This document shows positions 1 to 9,050 of a stretch of DNA of 64,000 bases, in pieces; position 1 is the stretch's first letter, and the number at the start of each line of letters is the position of its first letter. Location of the stretch: the NCBI GenBank assembly GCA_900088475.1, contig FLMG01001044.1:1-64000 (forward strand). The letters run 5' to 3'. Under the pieces are notes generated by a model, which was given only the letters and a program-made list of their open reading frames with translations, was not told the DNA's origin and did not search any database. This DNA is from Hyphochytrium catenoides (Eukaryota > Protista > Hyphochytriomycota). Position numbers and translations under genes: made by a program.

Positions 1-154
1 GACACTGCGTCCTCACCTTGGAGTGCTCCCTCCTAGTGTCAGTACTCTTGCCACAACCCATCTAGCTTCGTCTGAGGGGGAGAGAGTGAGTGAGACCGAC
101 AATTAGGTGAGTTAATTCGACCCTCACCACTAATGATCCAGAGAAGCTAGGCAT

Positions 155-163
155 GAGGGGGAG
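155..163 (+). other. Polypurine tract preceding an LTR
   Basis: GAGGGGGAG immediately followed by TGTTGAG, the usual Copia PPT/LTR junction. Confidence 0.7.
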
Positions 164-438
164 TGTTGAGTGCGACAATGTTCGTTGTCAGTAGCACAGT
201 AGTCACTCTCTATACACACCTAGCTCTCAGGGACATAGACGTTACGGGTACACCTGTGTTATTCGGAGAAAGGGATGTGAGAAGAGTTTCCAGAAGAACA
301 CAGGAACAGCAGAGGAGAGAGAGATGATGAGAGAAGCTGGGCCGAGCAAAGATCTCGAGACCAGACTCTCAGGACTCAGCAATGATTCAGAGAAATCTCA
401 ATCAGATAGCAATACCCAGTCCCTTTGTTATCGTTTCA
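164..438 (+). mobile_element. Copia-type LTR (family A); 3' boundary uncertain
   Basis: Starts with TG after a PPT. The first ~100-120 bp recur at 4674 (+) and 6845 (-). The 3' part (413-447) recurs at 7757-7790. Confidence 0.6.
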
Positions 439-524
439 TCTAGGTTGATGTTAGAATTTATCATTGGATGGTGAGCACTTTGAATTACCATTGAGGGGTG
501 TCTGGATATACCGGAGAAAAGTTT

Positions 525-605
525 TGTACGCTCCGGGATTCGAACCCAGGAGCTCTGTCTTTGATGCCGACACCCTAACCAGTATGCAGCATACACCAAA
601 CGTAC
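525..605 (-). ncRNA. tRNA-like RNA (81 nt) in TRIM copy 1 3' LTR
   Basis: Acceptor stem GTACGTT/AGCGTAC plus discriminator A, T-arm CTGGG-TTCGAAT-CCCGG (canonical B box), TTTT a few nt downstream, and TATATAAATA about 21-30 nt upstream. Confidence 0.75.
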
Positions 606-824
606 ACTTAATTAATCTCCGGTTTTATTTATATACCAGGGTTTTTGTTGAATGTTCAGCTTCGACCCTTCACAAGAGGGAGTTCGAGCTGCGGGGAGGT
701 GTTGGAGTCTGAGGGCACAGCTATGTGGAATGTCGAACTGTGATCGACGCTGAAACCAAAAAGTGTACGGCGGACGACGCAGAGGGATAAATCCCTGGTA
801 AACAAAAACGGAGATTAGTCAAGT

Positions 825-905
825 GTACGTTTGGTGTATGGTGCATACTGGTTAGGGTGTCGGCATCAAAGACAGAGGTCCTGGGTTCAGATCCCGGAGC
901 GTACA
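825..905 (+). ncRNA. tRNA-like RNA (81 nt) in TRIM copy 2 5' LTR
   Basis: 7-bp acceptor stem, D-arm GTGT-ATGGTGC-ATAC, variable region AGGTC, T-arm CTGGG-TTCAGAT-CCCGG, discriminator A, TTTT at 910-913. The anticodon region is 9 nt too long and non-canonical. Confidence 0.75.
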
Positions 906-980
906 AAACTTTTCTTCGGTTTATCCTGACACCCCCCAATATTAATTCAAAGTGCTCACCATCCGTGATGAAATCTAACA

Positions 981-994
981 TGGTGTACGCTCCG
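981..994 (+). other. Primer-binding site TGGTGTACGCTCCG (TRIM copy 2)
   Basis: Directly abuts the 5' LTR end, begins with TGG, and is complementary to CGGAGCGTACA+CCA. Confidence 0.9.
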
Positions 995-1197
995 AGCGAT
1001 TTAACTCGGGAAATAAAGTGAGCCATTCGGTTCTGTGACCAAGGATGACCATCACAGATCCATTTGAATCTAGACCTTACAGAGTTCACTAGATTCCGGG
1101 GGAGTGTTGAACTGTGATCGACGCTGAAACCAAAAGTATACAGCGGACGACGCAGAGGGGAAAATCCCTGGTAAACGAAAACGGAGATTAGTCAAGT

Positions 1198-1273
1198 GTA
1201 CGTTTGGTGTATGGTGCATACTGGTTAGGGTGTCGGCATCAAAGACAGAGGTCCTGGGTTCAAATCCCGGAGC
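1198..1273 (+). pseudogene. tRNA-like copy with the 3' acceptor strand deleted (9 bp)
   Basis: Matches 825-900 but lacks GTACAAAAC before the T-run. Confidence 0.7.
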
Positions 1274-1516
1274 TTTTCTCCGGTTTATCCTGACACCCCC
1301 CAATATTAGTTCAAAGTGCTTACCATCCATGATAAATACTAACAGTTTTCCCCTTCTGCGTCGTCCGCTGTACACTTTTTGGTTTCAGCGTCGATCACAG
1401 TTAGACACTTCCCCGGATCTAGAGAACTCTGTAAGGTCTAGATTCAAATGGAACTGTGATGGTCATCCGTGGTCACAGAACCGAATGGCTCACTATATTG
1501 CCCGAGTTAAATCGCT

Positions 1517-1530
1517 CGGAGCGTACACCA
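1517..1530 (-). other. Primer-binding site TGGTGTACGCTCCG (TRIM copy 1)
   Basis: Identical to 981-994 and adjacent to the 5' LTR end at 1531. Confidence 0.88.
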
Positions 1531-1606
1531 CGTGAGAATTTATCATTGGATGGTGAGCACTTTGAATTAATATTTGGGGGTTTCTGGATATACCGGAGAA
1601 AAGTTT

Positions 1607-1680
1607 TGTACGCTCCGGGATTTGAACCCAGGACCTCTGTCTTTGATGCCGACACCCTAACCAGTATGCACCATACACCA
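1607..1680 (-). pseudogene. tRNA-like copy lacking the 5' acceptor strand and upstream LTR sequence
   Basis: The first 20 bp of the LTR are fused directly to TGGTGTATGG. The rest of the tRNA-like unit is intact. Confidence 0.7.
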
Positions 1681-1700
1681 GCGTTGATCACAGTTCAACA

Positions 1701-4673
1701 GATTGTGCTCATACAGAAGCTCAGGCATTACCACCCAGCTCTGTAAAGTTCATCATCATTCACCACACAAGACGGTGGCGTCTACTACCTAGATGCGAAG
1801 AACGTACCACATCTAGCTACAAGCCAAGGTGCACTATCTCTCGGCACACGCGTCGGTACGTTGTTCTACGCAAAAGGAATAAGTCAGAAGCCCGTCGTAA
1901 TAGGTACGCACCAATTCGGAACCAGCCTGGATGAGCCACCAATACACAACCACCAATCATAGTCAGTTACCATTTGGCATCGCCGCCTGGGGCACCTCAA
2001 CATTCCAGACCTCAGGGAACTAGCCAAAGTCGCTGAAGGCATTCAGATCAACCATGAGGACGCTCAGTTCTGCTCCGGATGCATTCTCGGTAAACTCACA
2101 CGCCGTAAGTTCCCCAAGAAAGCGACTCGCAGAGCTTCAAAACCCCTGGAGCTAGTTCACTCCGTTGTGGGAGTTGTCAATATCCTTAGCCTAGGAGGAC
2201 ACCGCTACTATGTTGTCTTTGTAGATGATCAAACCCGGCGGACGTCTCTCTACTTGAGGAAATCCAAAGATGAAGTGATTACTGAGTTGGCTCACTCCGA
2301 TGTGGGAGTTATCAGTACCCTTAGCCTAGGAGGACACCGCTACTATGTTGTCTTCGTAGATGATCCACCTGGCGGACGTTTCTCTATTTGAAAAAAAAAA
2401 GGTGAAGTGATTACTCACCTCCTGGACACGTTTTTGCGACTAGCGGAACGACAAACTGGATGTAAAATCCAGAAAACTCGAAGCGATCGAGGCGGAGGAC
2501 ACTGCTCCGAAGCCATGGAGTACTGTAAAACACTTGGAATAGTCCATGAACTCACAGCCGGTATTCACCAGCACAAAATGGCGTCGCTGAACGTAAACAG
2601 CGCATTCTTGTGGAATGCGCTCGCTGCATGCTCCACGCTGCAAAACCTCCCTTATCGTTTTGGGGAGAAGCCCTTCTTAGAACAGCAGCTCACCTTGGAA
2701 ACATGTATCCCACCTCAGCACTCAACAAGGACAACACAACAACCTATAAAATGTGGAAGGTAAAAATCCTGACTTGAGTCGTCTGCGTGTCTTCGGTTGT
2801 CAAGCTTATGGTCTCATCCCTGAGCAGGAACGGACCAAGATGGATGCTGAGACTAAGTACTATGTCTTTGTGGGTTATGCAGATCATTCAAACGCGTATC
2901 GCTTATATGATCCAGAGACAAAGAGAATCATTGAAAAGAGTGATGGCGCATTCAACGAGAACCACCAGAACGGATACGTCGAAACATCACCGCCACCCGA
3001 GGACCTTGACATACTCTTTGAGATACTAAATGACTCCCACGACGCGAGTCCAGCTCCAGTCGAAGATCCAAAAACCCAACTAAGACATGGGCCCGGCTTC
3101 GAAGTAACAACAGACATATCTGATCCAGCCAACCTTGACAACACCGAGGGGGAGAGATTTCGGTGTACGGAAGACGACACCGAAGATGAAGAAGAGATCC
3201 TACCTCCACGAAATGCAGATCATGCACTCTCGTCCACTAGTAGTGAAAAGTCTACACTGGATACACTATCGCTGGTAGATTCAATCCAAGTAGATTAGAC
3301 CGCCAAGTGTTAACCCCCGGAGGAGAACGCTCTCACTCTCCACCTATTGCCATCCAACCTTCTCGTATCCCACTACTACGAAGCCGCCTACAACAGGAAG
3401 ATTCCATCTCCCGTGCGGTTACAACACTGAGACAACATCTTACCCGCGAACCATCAAAGAGGCACTAAGTGGACCTCACGCCGAAGAATGGAGCGCTGCT
3501 ATTGCTAGCGAGTTGGCCTCGATGGCACAACATGATGTCTGGGAGCTTGTTGAACGGCCACCGGACGCCAATATGTTCGGGTGCAAATGGGTTTTCCGCA
3601 CGTATAACAGCGATGGCAGTCTCGACCGCTACAAAGCTCGTCTGGTAGCCCAAGGATACAACCACAGGTTTGGGGTTGATTACAATGAAGTTTTTGCACG
3701 TGTCGTCAGTTATGAGTCAGTGCGATGTCTTCTCTCATTGGCAGCCACATATAATCTCGAGATCCACCACGTTGACATCAAAACGGCCTTTCTCCATGGC
3801 AATTTGGAAGAGACGATATCTATGTGTCAGCCTCCTGGCTTCGAGCAACCTGGAGCGAGAAGAACATGCATGGTCTGCAAGCTAAAGCGGAGAGTCTATG
3901 GCCTCAAACAAAGTCCCCAGCAATACAATAAAGTCCTCGAAGGATATCTGCGTGATCATGGTCTCTGCGAGCCATGCGTCTATATTCGCAGTTCCAACGA
4001 TGGCTCCAAACCAACAATCATCTCTGCCTTCGTTGATGACACACTGATATTTGCTCCAGACACCACCAAAGTCATTCAAGTCAAGCAGCTGCTCGCGAAT
4101 CGCTTCGATGTCACGGACCTGGGAGAATTGCAATATTTTTTTGGGGTTGAAGTTCTTAGAGACCGACTAAATCGCAAGATATACCTTAGACAAACGAGAT
4201 ATATCCAAGACATACTGAAGAGATTTCGTATGGAAAAATCCAACCCAACCAGCACCCCAGCTGTGGCAGGGGAGCATCTTCCCATAGCGTGCGAGCTCCC
4301 TGCGTTGAGTCCGGCCGAAGAGCAGGAGTTACTACAAATTCCCTACCGCAATGCTCTCAGTAAGTCAACATATGGCCAACTTCCGGAATGTCCACTGGAA
4401 AGCGGTCAAGAGAATCTTTCGATACTTGAAGGGTACTAGCAGCTACGCACGATGTCTAGGGGGAGTTACGGTCACAACCTCAAGCTCTTTGCCGATGCTG
4501 ACTGGGCTAATGACACATTCATTCGTAAGCCGGTCACTGGATATTTATGACTCTTGGCACCGATGCTTTCACTTGGAAATGCCAAAAGTGGGACATTGTA
4601 TCGTCCTCGACAACAGAAGCTGGGTGCATCTCTCTGTGGACAGGATCCAAAGCATGCCGAACATATAACCCCT
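1701..4673 (+). mobile_element. Degenerate Ty1/Copia internal region (pol pseudogene: GAG-pre-integrase, integrase, RT, partial RNase H); gag and protease not recognisable
   Basis: WHRRLGH...CSGC at ~1975-2085; integrase YYVVFVDD and RSDRGG; LRVFGC...FVGY; RT motifs KARLVAQG, DIKTAFLHG, YGLKQSP and FVDD (4029-4040); RNase H FADADW (~4488). Domain order is INT-RT-RH, with many frameshifts. Confidence 0.95.
3513..4439 (+). pseudogene. Copia reverse transcriptase (RVT_2-type) ORF fragment
   Basis: 308-aa ORF with the characteristic Copia RT motifs, frameshifted before RNase H. Confidence 0.9.
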
Positions 4674-4815
4674 TGTTGAGTGCTACAATGTTCGTTGTCA
4701 GTAGTAGTACAGTAGTCACTCTCTATACACACCCTGCTCTCAGGGACATAGACGTTACGGGTACACCTTTGTTATGGGAAATCGGCGGGGGGCTACTGAC
4801 CCATGCGTGGTCAGG
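4674..4815 (+). mobile_element. LTR family A 5' fragment
   Basis: Close match to 164-262 and to the reverse complement of 6700-6845. No PPT precedes it. Confidence 0.75.
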
Positions 4816-6565
4816 CAAAATGGGCCCGAAAGGCCCGTGGACAGGGGGAGTAGAAAGAAAATAAGGAAACCAAAGCCTGCCAAATTACAAGACCACTTGA
4901 AATTTGGTTTACGGTTGGGAGAAAGACACCTTCTTCGGCTATTGCAGAGGGGAGATGATGACCTCAAGAGAGCTTCTTTGTATTGTTTGTCTTCATTCGC
5001 CTTCTTGCCACCATCGCCTCTTATGTAAGTCAATATCACTCCCTCTCTTGTTTGTCGTCACGCTTTATTATCGGTCACGGTCAAACCATGTCATGAATAG
5101 ACCACACAAACAAGTGGGTGGCGCCGCCGCAAACCGACGGTATCATCATCATCCAGCAATAACAAATGCTTTTGATGAGTTGAAGGAAGAAGAAGTGGCG
5201 AGAGACAGCACTGGGAAGCCCTTTTTCATTTATGGCCCACTTGATTGCAGAGGCAGCAGCCTCTAATGCCTTGTCCCTTAACATAAACAAGGTTCTCCTC
5301 TTCACGGAGAAGATGATGAAAGAAGAAACCCGCTTGTCTAAAAAGAGGCCACGCTTTTACAACGACTTTCTTTGTGCTTTTCGTACTGGCCGATGATGTT
5401 CGTAGGGCGAACTGATTGACGACGCAGACCGGAGTAGGTATTAGGCCGCTGGCGAAAGAGCTAGTGACCATACCATCAAGCAGGTAAAAGAAGCGGTGCC
5501 ACTGGTTAACCCAAGTGGAAAAGGATAAAGGCCCACCACCGAAAAAAAGCAACAACTCCTGCCAAAGAAGCATCCACAAAAAATCTTTCTCGAATAGAGG
5601 ATCTTCTTCTAGTATTTAACCTACTATAAGAAAATAATAAAGCCTATCGAATTTGAGCCCGTTGGCAGGTTACCTAACAAGCATGGCCTTTTATCGCTAT
5701 GTCGTGTACTACTTGCATATGCCCGATTGCATACTCCACCACCCGTCGTTACCCTCTTGCCAAATGGGTCTTGGAGCTTCCCTTTTCCCTTAATGATGTG
5801 GGTTTGACATCTCTCTTAATTCCGCTAGCTGCATTCACTAGGAGGTGGTTTGAAGAGGCAGCAAAGAAGGAAAAAAAGAGAACAAGCATCACTCCCAGTC
5901 CCATCGGGACTACTGTTCTCACCTTATGCTGAATGACGCCTAAAGAATGAAGACCCAGAGAGCATCATTACCTCTTCTTGTCTCCAAGAGGAGACACAAT
6001 TCTTCGTCTTCTTCTCTTCTCCTTCCAGCTATATCAGCGGCAGCGGTGATAGCATGATGATAAAGAAGGAAGAGGCTTTATCTGCCTGTCTAGCTTCATT
6101 ACGGCACAGCATAATTCGTAAATGACGGAGAACGACGAGTCCTAGCCCAGTAGGCAGCTAAAGGTTACAGTGATAAAGGATGAAGGAGGACCAACTCCCA
6201 GATGCCCGAGTGCAAGCAAGCCTCCCATCCGAAGATTGAAGCGACGATCCTGTTAGGAACCTGCTGTTCTATGAAGGATGCCCAGAAAGCGAACCGCGGA
6301 CTCGTCACCAGAAGATACCTGGAGGAAGAAGCTCAGGTAGATTGTAACGACCATCATCAACCTCGAAAGCACGAGAATAACCCCTTAGCCACCCCCAAGA
6401 ATCACAGAGAGTCCGCTTTTAGCACTTGAGCCTCCCAAGTTTATTAGCGGCTTTCAAGAGGAGAAATAATAGAATGGGGGCGGACTTTCGGAAACACATA
6501 GGTTTTGCTGAGGTTGATCAAACAGATTGGAAAGTCCGCTAGACGCATTCCATTCTTACAGTAGA

Positions 6566-6845
6566 TGTTAGGGTAACGTGGTAAAGAATAGAATTAGGCT
6601 GGACTTTCGCAGCCCATACATTTGCAACACAAATCAGAATAGAAGTAGAATAGAATTAAGCCATACATTTGTGCTGTTCTATTCTTTCTATTCTTTGGAG
6701 CTGTCCACGTATGGGCCAGTATCCCAATCTCACATCCCTCTTTCCCATACCACAGGTGTACCCGTAACGTCTATGTCCCTGAGAGCTAGGTGTGTATAGA
6801 GAGTGACTACTGTACTACTGACAACGAACATTGTAGCACTCAACA
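6566..6845 (-). mobile_element. Probable solo LTR, family A (280 bp)
   Basis: The minus strand reads TGTTGAG...CTAACA, and its first ~120 bp match 164-283. No matching TSD. Confidence 0.65.
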
Positions 6846-7756
6846 TTCTGTAGTAGTCCATCCAGCTGTGGCCTGATTGCGCTTACTTAGCATGTCGCCT
6901 CGCCACCCCAGGTATGCAATGCTGTTATTGTCACTCTGCCTCCCAGGAGAAATGGAAGATCGTCTTCCTCCTCGTCCTCGTCCCCGCCTCTCCTGGACTT
7001 TCACCCCTTCTAGAACCCCGCCCTCCCCTTGTTGTTGCGGGACTGCTGCTCCGTCCTACCTCTGCCTCGTCTTGATGAGTCCTTACTACTACCTGCTCCT
7101 GGCTCCTTTCTCCTCCTTCTTCTGACTAAGAGAGGACGACCGAGGAGCCAACAGAACAACGTCACCTTCAAGTCCACCATCAACTTAAGGCGATGAAGAA
7201 GAACAAGAGAAATGCTGCTGCTGACTCTCCTCCTCCTCCAGCAGTGTATTAGCTTGCGATACAAAAGGGCCATCAGCCCCTACTACACTATCTCCTCATC
7301 CTCCTCTCCATTCACGATCACTCTCTGCCACCTCCTTCTGCTGATCGTCCATCACCATCAACCTGGAAGAGCAGCAAGTAAGGGAGCAGTCCGTCGTTGC
7401 TGCAGTGGTGGCACTAGTAAAGTAGCACCAGCGAGCCTCTTCGTTGAGCCTTTCTACAGTGATAGATAGGCTTAACTTATGGAACAGTAAATTGCTTGTA
7501 ACTCGGCGAAGCCTCAGCCGATTGAGCTCAAACCTCTTGCCAGTCCAGGTGAATGTACCACCAATGAGATTTTCCCCTCGGGTCCACCAATTGTGCAGCT
7601 CTAACTACAGTAGGGTTGCCGAGGTACACCTGATTGACCGCTTCCTGGCGCCCAGATTAACGTATTAGAATACGGTAATCACACTTCTCCTGGGGGAAAT
7701 CTGAAAACCAAATACCGTATTATAAGACGGTAGTTTTACAGTAGGGATATATCACT

Positions 7757-7850
7757 ACCCAGTCCCGTTGTTATCGTTTCATTTGGATTGTGCCTATAGA
7801 GAAGCTTCAGGCATTGCCACCCAGCTCTGTAAACTTCATCAGAGTATCAC
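7757..7850 (+). repeat. Uninterrupted paralog of the Copia LTR-end/leader junction (413-447 joined to 1701-1755)
   Basis: TACCCAGTCCC.TTGTTATCGTTTCAT runs directly into GATTGTGC.....AGAAGCT.CAGGCATT.CCACCCAGCTCTGTAAA. Confidence 0.75.
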
Positions 7851-7904
7851 AGCTTCGTCATCATGGCCACCTGTCTCTCCAGACGTTCCTTCCTGCTGAC
7901 CATG

Positions 7905-9050
7905 ACTCTCTTCTCAGGGTTTTTACTTTCTCACATTTTACAGGATACGTTGTCGTGAGGGTGAGTGCCCAGATAGATGGGATACATGTTTCCGAGAAGT
8001 TGCCGTTTTAAGGGCTTCTCTCCTCCAGAACCTAAGGAAATTTTTTTCGCGGCATGAAGCATGGAGCAGCGAGCTGATTCCACAAGGGGGCGCTGTTCCA
8101 TTTAGCGAAGCCATTTTGTGCTGCTGAATACGGTGCTGCGAGTTCCGTACTATTCCGCGTGCTTGCAGTACTCCTTCTTCATGGCTTCGGAGGAGTATCT
8201 CCTCTTCGTTCGCTTGGAGGAGGAGTTTGATGGATTTTGCGTCCAGTTCATCGTGCTAATCGAACAAACTGTAGAATGTATGGGATTCGGAGACACTCTT
8301 ATTGGAGCTTGCATGTCGCCTTAAAAGCTAAAATTGAGCACTCTCCAGCTTGTGGGACCCTATAGGTTATAGGATCAAGAGTCTATTTGATCCTATTCCG
8401 AATAGGGAGAGGTTGCTCTCCTATAGGCATAAGGCCATAGTTGATATTAGAGCTCCTCTTCTTCTTTCATAACTCTGCTTCTACTTAGAGTTGGGACTGT
8501 AACTTGGACAGCTGACCTTGTACTTTAGTCCTGGATGTATGATTCAGATAGTCAATAGTTCAACACCATCCGTGTCCTGAGTAAGCAGTTCATTCTTGGT
8601 TTTCATCAAGTAGAATAGAAACGTCCGCAGTTTTAGTCATCTACTACGAAGACAACATAGTAGCGGTTGTGGTGCTCCCTAGGTTCAGTGTATTGACAAC
8701 ACCCACATCATCAGAGTGAACCCAGCTCCGAGGGGTCCTGTAATTCTGGGAGTTGCTTTTTCGTGGGAAACGGCGTGTCGGTCAGTTCGCCTCGAAACAT
8801 CGGTAGTAGAAAGAGCGTCATCGTGGTTGATAGTGAACACCTTCGGCGACTTTGTTGGCTAGCTTCCTAATGTCTGGAATGCTGAGGTGCCCCAGAGGCC
8901 AAGTGGTAATTGACTTTGGTTCGTCGTTAGAAGTTGGAGTACAGCAAGAAGGTGATGGCAGTGGAGAGCATGTGCGTTCATAGAGGTTAGTAACAAATCC
9001 TCCAGGCTGAGTTGTGTTCTTCACCTTGTGTGCAGTAACTATACGGCCAA
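7905..9050 (-). mobile_element. Highly degenerate Copia integrase relic, same family as 1701-4673
   Basis: The minus strand encodes LGHLSIPDIRKLANKVAEG (compare LGHLNIPDLRELAKVAEG at ~1990). The reverse complement of 7905-8260 aligns with 2450-2775. Confidence 0.8.
8270..8565. mobile_element. Possible solo LTR inserted in the integrase relic
   Basis: 296-bp segment TGTAGAA...TTCAACA interrupting the integrase homology. Flanks CAAAC/CCATC match only 3/5. Confidence 0.45.

Larger units (their letters stand above)
731..1344 (+). mobile_element. TRIM copy 2, structurally complete (614 bp)
   Basis: 5' LTR 731-980 (TGTCGAAC...CTAACA), PBS 981-994, internal region 981-1104, PPT GGGGGAG 1098-1104, 3' LTR 1105-1344 (TGTTGAAC...CTAACA). 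The LTRs are highly similar direct repeats and there is no coding capacity. Confidence 0.92.
449..1700 (-). mobile_element. TRIM copy 1 (non-autonomous LTR element with a tRNA-like gene in its LTRs), interrupted by a nested insertion at 646-1344
   Basis: On the minus strand: 5' LTR 1700-1531 (internally deleted), PBS 1530-1517, ~123 bp internal region, PPT GGGGAAG, and 3' LTR split into 1407-1345 and 645-449, ending CTAACA. No clean TSD at the outer ends. Confidence 0.85.

Noticed and set aside
825-905. tRNA-Sec or opal suppressor (TGGTTAGGGTGTCGGCATCAAA resembles the Sec D/anticodon region)
   Set aside because: It has a 7/5 acceptor/T fold, an A discriminator, no long variable arm and no proper anticodon stem around TCA. 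The resemblance is insufficient.
525-1680. Simple tRNA-derived SINE cluster
   Set aside because: The units sit inside TG...CA direct repeats with PBS, PPT and a 5-bp TSD, and have no poly-A or LINE tail.
1105-1700. MITE with 20-bp terminal inverted repeats
   Set aside because: The inverted ends are the LTR starts of two oppositely oriented TRIM copies.
464-1746. Family of small paralogous ORFs (DGEHFEL...APGFEPRTSVFDADTLT)
   Set aside because: They are antisense translations of the repeated TRIM LTR and tRNA-like sequence, with inconsistent starts and stops and indels that do not respect a protein.
4674-6845. DNA transposon bounded by ~100-bp TIRs
   Set aside because: No TSD and no transposase. 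The same sequence follows a PPT at 164, so these are LTR ends.
7669-7732. Short inverted repeats AATACGGTA/TACCGTATT as DNA-transposon ends
   Set aside because: Too short, with no supporting element body.
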